DNA of 64,000 bases from a virus: positions 89,390-153,389 of IMG/VR virus record IMGVR_UViG_3300014913_000007; one strand, given 5' to 3'. Positions 58,455 through 64,000 of the stretch are shown here, one piece after another. A program made the position numbers and the translations under genes. Below the pieces are notes generated by a model. It had not been told where the DNA came from. It ran no database searches and saw nothing but the letters and a program-made list of their open reading frames with translations. Each line of letters begins with the position of its first letter. Within the stretch, counting starts at the first letter, position 1.

Positions 58455-58486
58455 AAGCCTCGGTATATGCCGGGGCTTCTTTTTTT
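58455..58486 (+). terminator. Intrinsic terminator
   Basis: AAGCCTCGG-loop-CCGGGGCTT followed by a T-tract. Confidence 0.85.
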
Positions 58487-58516
58487 GCCCTCAAAATAAA
58501 AAATTGTTCCAAGTAG

Positions 58517-58545
58517 TTGACTTTATCCTATATTAGTGTCATAAT
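58517..58545 (+). promoter_or_regulatory. sigma70-type promoter
   Basis: TTGACT-N17-CATAAT with TG extension. Confidence 0.6.
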
Positions 58546-58592
58546 AACTTTACATCAAGAATGATGAATTCGCATAAGGAGAAATAGCGTAA

Positions 58593-58859
58593 TTGGATAA
58601 AGAACTAGAAAAAAGAAACGAATATATATTTGAGAAAGTAAAAACTTGGCAAGAGTTTCAGTATGTTAAACCTTTAATTTGTTCCAATCAAGAATGTAAT
58701 GAGGCTAAACTTAAGCCTAAGAAAGGTAAGTACAGAGTGATGCTTCAATGCCCTAAGTGTAAGAAAGTACAAAACTATGTACCTCAAAAAGTTTTACAAA
58801 TTAAATTAGATATACCACAAGTACTTACTAGAAACCAAGCTAAGCACTTCATTAAGTAG
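58593..58859 (+). CDS. Zinc-ribbon protein
   Basis: CSNQEC...CPKC; AAGGAG RBS. Confidence 0.65.
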   Translation: MDKELEKRNEYIFEKVKTWQEFQYVKPLICSNQECNEAKLKPKKGKYRVMLQCPKCKKVQNYVPQKVLQIKLDIPQVLTRNQAKHFIK

Positions 58860-59133
58860 TCTTAGTTCTAGTTTTAGTAGTACCTCTCACTTTAATATCT
58901 ACTCTGGATAAATCTTCAGAAAATTTAGCAGACACATACTTCCATTCAAATATGGAGGCATGTGACTTCCATACATTACTGTCTAAGAATGTCTGCATAA
59001 TTACGTCCTTATCTACCACTGAGGCATCAAAAAACAGGGAGAATTCGAGCTTATCCTTTATATAGAAGTCCCTTCTAGGTATTTCTAGATCCTCTTTAAA
59101 GTTAATTTTACTTGTCTTCTTCTTTCTAGGCAT
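58852..59133 (-). CDS. Hypothetical protein
   Basis: ORF. Confidence 0.55.
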   Translation of the reverse strand: MPRKKKTSKINFKEDLEIPRRDFYIKDKLEFSLFFDASVVDKDVIMQTFLDSNVWKSHASIFEWKYVSAKFSEDLSRVDIKVRGTTKTRTKTT

Positions 59134-59438
59134 TAATACTCATTATATAATACAAACCAAGTCATCCCATATTTCTGCTTTTCTACCTTTAACGTAGATC
59201 TTCTACTATTGTTACGATCATCTTCTAAATGAAAGGTAAAGTACCTTTTACGAATTACTTTATAAGTATTCATAATATAACACTTGCCCTCATAAACCCA
59301 AAATAGTACACGGTTTCCACTAGGTTTAATTTCTGTAATATCCATTCTTTTACAATAATAGGCATTATAAGTATCTATACTAATCTCATGTATGCTTGGC
59401 CATTTATCTGCATTAAATTCTTTAGACTTTCTACCCAT
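59133..59438 (-). CDS. Hypothetical protein
   Basis: ORF. Confidence 0.55.
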   Translation of the reverse strand: MGRKSKEFNADKWPSIHEISIDTYNAYYCKRMDITEIKPSGNRVLFWVYEGKCYIMNTYKVIRKRYFTFHLEDDRNNSRRSTLKVEKQKYGMTWFVLYNEY

Positions 59439-59443
59439 ATAAC

Positions 59444-60061
59444 TTAACCTAAAAACTTATTAATTAACCTCTGAGGTACACCTTTGGACTTTAAAACTTT
59501 AACATATTTCTGTCCGTTTCTCTTAAAAGCATTTAGTTCTCTCTTAGATACTCGGTTTAGTTCCAGAAATTCCACTCTGGCTCCAAACTGTCTATAGTTA
59601 TAAGTTGCATAAATATTATAAATAATAGCTGCATAGGACTCCTTCTCTATACCGCACAACTCAAACCACTTTCTTCTTCTATCTTTTGGATCTAACACTA
59701 ATGAAGCCGAATCCTTGGGAGTCACACTAAATTTTACCCTCCACTGGCTGGTAATTAGTCTTCGTTTATCTACCGTGAGACCTTTGTGAACTGATATTCC
59801 TCCTCTAGAGGGAGTATTCAGTTGGTTCTCTGTATGGGTTGCATATCGTAGATTTTGCCTACGATTATCTAGTTTATTTTGATTCTTATGATCTACTTGA
59901 AAACCGTCTCTTTTACCCATGATAACTAGTTGAATTTGTTTACCTTTAGTACATGGATACCCATAAGCATCTAATGACCATGAAAATTGGGATAACTCTT
60001 TGAAATCTCTATCATCTACTAACACAAGACTACTTGAATTGTTAAGTTTAAGCTTCTTCAT
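59444..60061 (-). CDS. HNH homing endonuclease (HNH-AP2-like)
   Basis: LVDD.D...L..F.W, VDHKNQNKLDNRRQNLR.AT..EN, degenerate AP2-like C-terminus. Confidence 0.85.
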   Translation of the reverse strand: MKKLKLNNSSSLVLVDDRDFKELSQFSWSLDAYGYPCTKGKQIQLVIMGKRDGFQVDHKNQNKLDNRRQNLRYATHTENQLNTPSRGGISVHKGLTVDKRRLITSQWRVKFSVTPKDSASLVLDPKDRRRKWFELCGIEKESYAAIIYNIYATYNYRQFGARVEFLELNRVSKRELNAFKRNGQKYVKVLKSKGVPQRLINKFLG

Positions 60062-60118
60062 ATATAACTCGCTGTTAATATTGAAATTTTAAATGTCTAT
60101 CTATAAGTTCCTAATATC

Positions 60119-60147
60119 ATTATATCCAATTTACAGATCTTAGTCAA
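60119..60147 (-). promoter_or_regulatory. sigma70 promoter for the HNH gene
   Basis: TTGACT-N17-TATAAT. Confidence 0.7.
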
Positions 60148-60264
60148 GGATATTTATTTAGAGGGCCATATTTGCCCTGTACGGGCTTATTATTCTGGGG
60201 TAGGTTGGTAACTGTATTTACAATTATATCATCAGGTAAGTACGCTGGGTTCGATATTGGTGAG

Positions 60265-61959
60265 TTATTTAGTTGGTTTAAAGATATACTTAACTTTACC
60301 TGAATCAAATATGACTCTATAACTTGTATTATTAAATACATTCTGAAATTCAGTTAAATTAGGGTCGTATAGTTCTCCTAACATAACTTTCAACTTACTT
60401 TTTTGAAAGGATCTTCTGTGAAACAAAGTATTAGTATCTGTATACTTATACCTAGGTGGAAGCTCCCCAGTCCTATCAAATCCTAGAGTAGTATATAAAT
60501 TGCCATAAGAGTATGATAGATCAGCAAAGGTACTTACTTCATTCACCTTATAAATTCTGCAAAAGTTTTTAAATAACTTACTTGCTCCTCCTAAAACATT
60601 TGTTTTAAGCTTAGAAGCAAATCTAACCAATTGCCAATTATACTCTAAAGTCTCTTTATTAAAACTCATACAAGATACTAGCTCATCTTGAGATACTAAT
60701 CCTAAATGTACTGTTGCCCCGACTGCTCCTTGAAGATGGTTAGTTTCATAGAAGATTTTTGCTTCCTTAGCACTTACTTCAACTAACTCACACTTTCTTG
60801 CATATACCTTATCCATTAACTTAGGTGCTATAGCATTTGTTAATACAGACTCCCAAATACTTCTCTTAGTATTGTTGTACCACTCACACTCTATAATGTG
60901 AAACAATCTAATACCTAGGTCTATACATTTCCGGGTCTTATCTCTGTGATAGAACTTTTTCTTATAAACATCTTCTATAGTATTAAGTGAATGGTAATAT
61001 AAGCCATCTGCCTCTATTGCTAAATTTAGTTCAGGTATGTGAAGATCTAATTCGAAAGTGTGCTGCCTATCGTTATAAATGGTTTCTTTATTAGTTATAC
61101 TACTTACAAACTCTGCTATATTTTTTTCGAAGGATGATCTAACCAAGTGTTTTACTTCTATGTTTAACTCTTTCATTAAGTAGGATACTCCACCCTTATA
61201 ACCAAGCCTAGATCCTATTTCCCCTAATGTTAACTTTTCCATGTGATGCCATTTAGTTAGAGTTTCTTTAAGTAATACTTTATCTTGTAGTAAGTTTAAT
61301 GTGTTAGAATCTAAATTTACCTGTTTTATATTTTTAACTCCATACTTAAGTAAATTAGTGTTATACATCTTATTAATAATTTTTAAATCACATATTGGTG
61401 CAGGTCCTCCATATCTCTTTAAGTTAGTTTCTCTAACTTTTAACAATGTGTTAGGATTTTTTAAAGGATTATCAACTCCATATTTAGATTCTAGAGTTTT
61501 TCTACACTTCTCTTGAACTTCCTCAGACTTAAAAGGGCTATCCACTCCGTACTTACTTGTAAAATACTTGTTTCGTTTTTCTAAAATATCCTTAGAGAAC
61601 ATAACATTAGTTACTCCATACTTTTCTTGCACAGTACGCTTTCTTACTAAGTTCTTTCTCTTGGTAGGTACCTTAATCTCGTATTTTTTCAGTATTTGGG
61701 TTATTCTTGACTTACTACAATTAAATTTCTCTGATATTTCCTTCAATGAAAGATCTGACTCTTTAAAGAGTTTACATATTGCTTTATCTTTAATTGCCTG
61801 CTTTTCTTTTGCAGTTATACAGGTTATATTATACTTTTTTAGTCTTTTAGAAATTCCTGTTTTAGCTACTCCAAGTTTGGTAGCTATTTCTGAACAAGTT
61901 AGTCCTTGTTCAGCTAATTCTTTGATCTTATCTACAGTTATGCCCTTATTCTTTGCCAT
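60265..61959 (-). CDS. Hef-like freestanding homing-endonuclease-type protein (HTHs + KYGV repeats + PD-(D/E)XK-like domain)
   Basis: Two N-terminal HTH, five KYG(V/G) repeats, ELDL.IP..NLAIE.DG.YYHS, YARKC, LGGASKL, D.G. Confidence 0.8.
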   Translation of the reverse strand: MAKNKGITVDKIKELAEQGLTCSEIATKLGVAKTGISKRLKKYNITCITAKEKQAIKDKAICKLFKESDLSLKEISEKFNCSKSRITQILKKYEIKVPTKRKNLVRKRTVQEKYGVTNVMFSKDILEKRNKYFTSKYGVDSPFKSEEVQEKCRKTLESKYGVDNPLKNPNTLLKVRETNLKRYGGPAPICDLKIINKMYNTNLLKYGVKNIKQVNLDSNTLNLLQDKVLLKETLTKWHHMEKLTLGEIGSRLGYKGGVSYLMKELNIEVKHLVRSSFEKNIAEFVSSITNKETIYNDRQHTFELDLHIPELNLAIEADGLYYHSLNTIEDVYKKKFYHRDKTRKCIDLGIRLFHIIECEWYNNTKRSIWESVLTNAIAPKLMDKVYARKCELVEVSAKEAKIFYETNHLQGAVGATVHLGLVSQDELVSCMSFNKETLEYNWQLVRFASKLKTNVLGGASKLFKNFCRIYKVNEVSTFADLSYSYGNLYTTLGFDRTGELPPRYKYTDTNTLFHRRSFQKSKLKVMLGELYDPNLTEFQNVFNNTSYRVIFDSGKVKYIFKPTK

Positions 61960-62043
61960 ATTATTATTATAACATATAGTACAAAGAAGTCAACAGATTA
62001 AACTTCGGTTGTTATCTCTATAATTATTAGTTAATTCAACAAC

Positions 62044-63594
62044 TTATGAAAAATCGAAAAATTGACGATACACTATGGATGGATTAGCCCCTGTCTCAGT
62101 AGCTCCTAGCTTAACTGTTAAGTATACAAAATCACTAATCATCTGTCCAGCTGCTACTCCAATTGCTTCAGAGTTATCTGCTGTAGCTACTACATCTAGA
62201 TTTGCTTTAGATGCAGATAAGTAATCAGGAGGAGTATCACTGTCTAAATCAGCTGCTGTTACTCCAGTTCTCCACTCTGTTTGTACTGTTGGGTCAGATC
62301 CTGCAGGAGTTCCTGCTCCAGCTGTACCGAATCCAAACAGTGTATCACTGTTACCTTGATTATGATGCTGTGCTGTACCATCTGATTGTAATCCAAACTT
62401 AGTATTTGAAAGAATAGTTGCTCCAGATGTCAATTCAAACCAAACTGCTTTTACTGGTGAATATGTTGAAACCGTTACACTACCGTAATTAAGAGTAGTT
62501 ACTCCTAGAGTAGTTGGCTGAGGACCAGAACATATAATTCTAAACTCATCTCCAGCTGTTACATTCGAACCTGTTGAGAAGAAAGCTTCAATACCTAAGT
62601 TACCTACTTTCTCACCTGTAGCTGAACTAGTTAAACCTGTAGTAGATTTACCTTCTCTACGTGAATCCCATTGATATTGAGCTGAGCCTATTGCATTAAC
62701 ACCGCCAGATGCTGCAATACAAGCTACTGTAAACTCATCACTAGAACCAAAAGGTACATCAGAGAACTTAATTCTAACTCCTTTAGTACCTACTTCATAG
62801 TAGTAATCTGAATATAAGAGTTCTACTCCTGTAGCATCATTATCACTTGAAGGGCTTGAAGTCCAGGTCATTACTGGTACATTTCCTTGTCCACCATTCA
62901 TTACTGGGTCAGATGAGCCATCTACTGTAATAGTGTAAGTCTCTATTGTATCATTGAAATCTCCAGCTGTCTCTACAGTACCTGCGTAAGTATTTCCACC
63001 GTCTGCTACTGCATCTCCTACTAGATGATCTCCTTCTGTAAAGATGATTGTATAAATGTCATCAAATTGACCTCTGAATACACCACTTACTGTTAAAGTA
63101 CCCTGATAAGTACCTGAGTTATCTGTAGTAACTCCGTCCACATTTACATAGTCTGGGCTTCCACCTGTTGTTAATTTAAGGTCTTCTGATATGTCATTAG
63201 TCCCTACAGCAAAGTCTACTTCAGACCCAGGACCTAATTTACTTGAATATACTCTAAACTTGTTATTAATGTATTCACATTGAACAAAATCAAACTCGGA
63301 TCCTGCTAACTGTTTACACTTAAAAGAGATGTCTCTGGCTATTGTTCTGGAATCAATATCTGTTCCACTGGTTAAAGTTATTTCATTTAACCCGTTACCA
63401 TCTATATTTACTTGAATGTCTTCTGCTACACCAGGTGTAACTGTAATAGTATCATCTGCCACAGAATTACTCTGTGCATATCCTAATGTTCCTCTTCCGT
63501 TTGAGCTGCCTGATGCTGCAGTATCATATGATTGTGCTGTGATTTCACCATTTGCATCTACGTCAAAAAGTACGAATCTACTTGTTGCTGCCAT
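62044..63594 (-). CDS. Virion-like protein
   Basis: G/S/T/D-rich 516 aa; internal repeat G.(R/E)..FS.......DEF.(V/I).C. Confidence 0.65.
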   Translation of the reverse strand: MAATSRFVLFDVDANGEITAQSYDTAASGSSNGRGTLGYAQSNSVADDTITVTPGVAEDIQVNIDGNGLNEITLTSGTDIDSRTIARDISFKCKQLAGSEFDFVQCEYINNKFRVYSSKLGPGSEVDFAVGTNDISEDLKLTTGGSPDYVNVDGVTTDNSGTYQGTLTVSGVFRGQFDDIYTIIFTEGDHLVGDAVADGGNTYAGTVETAGDFNDTIETYTITVDGSSDPVMNGGQGNVPVMTWTSSPSSDNDATGVELLYSDYYYEVGTKGVRIKFSDVPFGSSDEFTVACIAASGGVNAIGSAQYQWDSRREGKSTTGLTSSATGEKVGNLGIEAFFSTGSNVTAGDEFRIICSGPQPTTLGVTTLNYGSVTVSTYSPVKAVWFELTSGATILSNTKFGLQSDGTAQHHNQGNSDTLFGFGTAGAGTPAGSDPTVQTEWRTGVTAADLDSDTPPDYLSASKANLDVVATADNSEAIGVAAGQMISDFVYLTVKLGATETGANPSIVYRQFFDFS

Positions 63595-63608
63595 ATCTCT
63601 TCCTATCC

Positions 63609-63632
63609 TTTTACCTAAATTTTTACCTAAAT
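63609..63632. repeat. 12-bp tandem repeat (ttttacctaaat x2) in the 5' leader of the 516-aa gene
   Basis: Read directly in the sequence. Confidence 0.7.
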
Positions 63633-63785
63633 TTTTATTGTCCCAGACTATAGAAACTCTTCTTATTATAAATAGTACAAAAAGTAATTACGCTACAAGC
63701 TAAGGTACCATCATATTAAAAACCCAATAATATTAAATGTATAGTAATTTAAGTTACTTATATAAAACATTAAATACTAAAAAAC

Positions 63786-63813
63786 CTAAAGTTATTTAAA
63801 AATATGCCGATAT
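63786..63813 (+). promoter_or_regulatory. sigma28 (FliA/SigD)-type promoter
   Basis: CTAAAGTT...; TAAA-N15-GCCGATAT. Confidence 0.7.
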
Positions 63814-63820
63814 ATTAGAT

Positions 63821-64000
63821 ATGACAAATTGGGATGACGAAAAGGAGTGTTTAAAAGCTGTTAAAGAAAATGGATGGGCTTTACAGTATGTAAAAAATCA
63901 AACTCCAGAAATCTGCCTAGAAGCTGTTAAAAAAGATGGATGGGCCTTAGAATATGTAAAAAACCAAACTCCAGAAATCTGTTTAGCTGCTGTTAAACAA
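63821..64000 (+). CDS. DUF4116 repeat protein, 5' part (runs off window edge)
   Basis: MTNWDDEKECLKAVKENGWALQYVKNQTPEICLEAVKKDGWALEYVKNQTPEICLAAVKQ; 22-aa/66-bp repeat. Confidence 0.85.
   Translation, partial: MTNWDDEKECLKAVKENGWALQYVKNQTPEICLEAVKKDGWALEYVKNQTPEICLAAVKQ

Noticed and set aside
60144-60341. 65-aa ORF or group I intron around the homing endonucleases
   Set aside because: The ORF overlaps the upstream gene end and the next promoter; no interrupted exon pair or P7-type core recognised
6844-63703. Many short ORFs antisense to or nested in long genes (e.g. 6844, 9964, 13039, 19996, 27435, 34142, 41364, 48204, 57705, 61568, 63416)
   Set aside because: They overlap well-supported genes, lack motifs and have antisense-type composition
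1-64000. Stop-codon reassignment (code 4 or 15), prompted by the TGA at 1429
   Set aside because: Long genes are intact in code 11; TGA and TAG both end genes at tight junctions; no suppressor tRNA seen
63821-64000. 66-bp repeats as a CRISPR array or DGR template
   Set aside because: They are in-frame coding repeats of a DUF4116 protein with no spacers, and no reverse transcriptase is present

Overview
AT-rich, gene-dense window that looks like part of a large (jumbo-type) tailed bacteriophage genome read in standard code 11. No capsid, terminase or integrase is visible. From left to right: a partial fibre-like gene; two tRNA operons (Gly/Thr; Asp/degenerate Thr/Arg/His/Arg/Lys); an interrupted HNH gene; dUTPase and accessory genes; a long minus-strand replication/recombination module (family A polymerase, RecB-type nuclease, RuvC, DnaJ, SSB-like, DnaG, DnaB, RecA, beta-clamp-like) containing a sugar-modification cassette (SDR epimerase, two GT4 glycosyltransferases, one further GT-B-like protein); a ~20 kb operon of large acidic, probably virion, proteins; a DEDDh exonuclease, AEP primase, intein-containing PIN-PhoH and ClpP; a third GT4; more structural-like genes; two homing-endonuclease-like genes; and a partial DUF4116 repeat gene. 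The top observation is that each tRNA operon begins, just after a sigma70 promoter, with an unannotated 27-28 aa leader peptide. The distal codons of each leader match the tRNAs encoded downstream: Gly/Thr codons before tRNA-Gly/Thr, and Asp/Lys/Arg/His codons before tRNA-Asp/Arg/His/Arg/Lys. This suggests a ribosome-stalling sensor that switches on phage replacement tRNAs. Other candidates are a Ser-Gly sequon plus GT4 virion glycosylation system, a near-consensus sigma28 promoter, and a clamp-binding motif in the family A polymerase. All family calls come from motif recognition by eye, not database searches.
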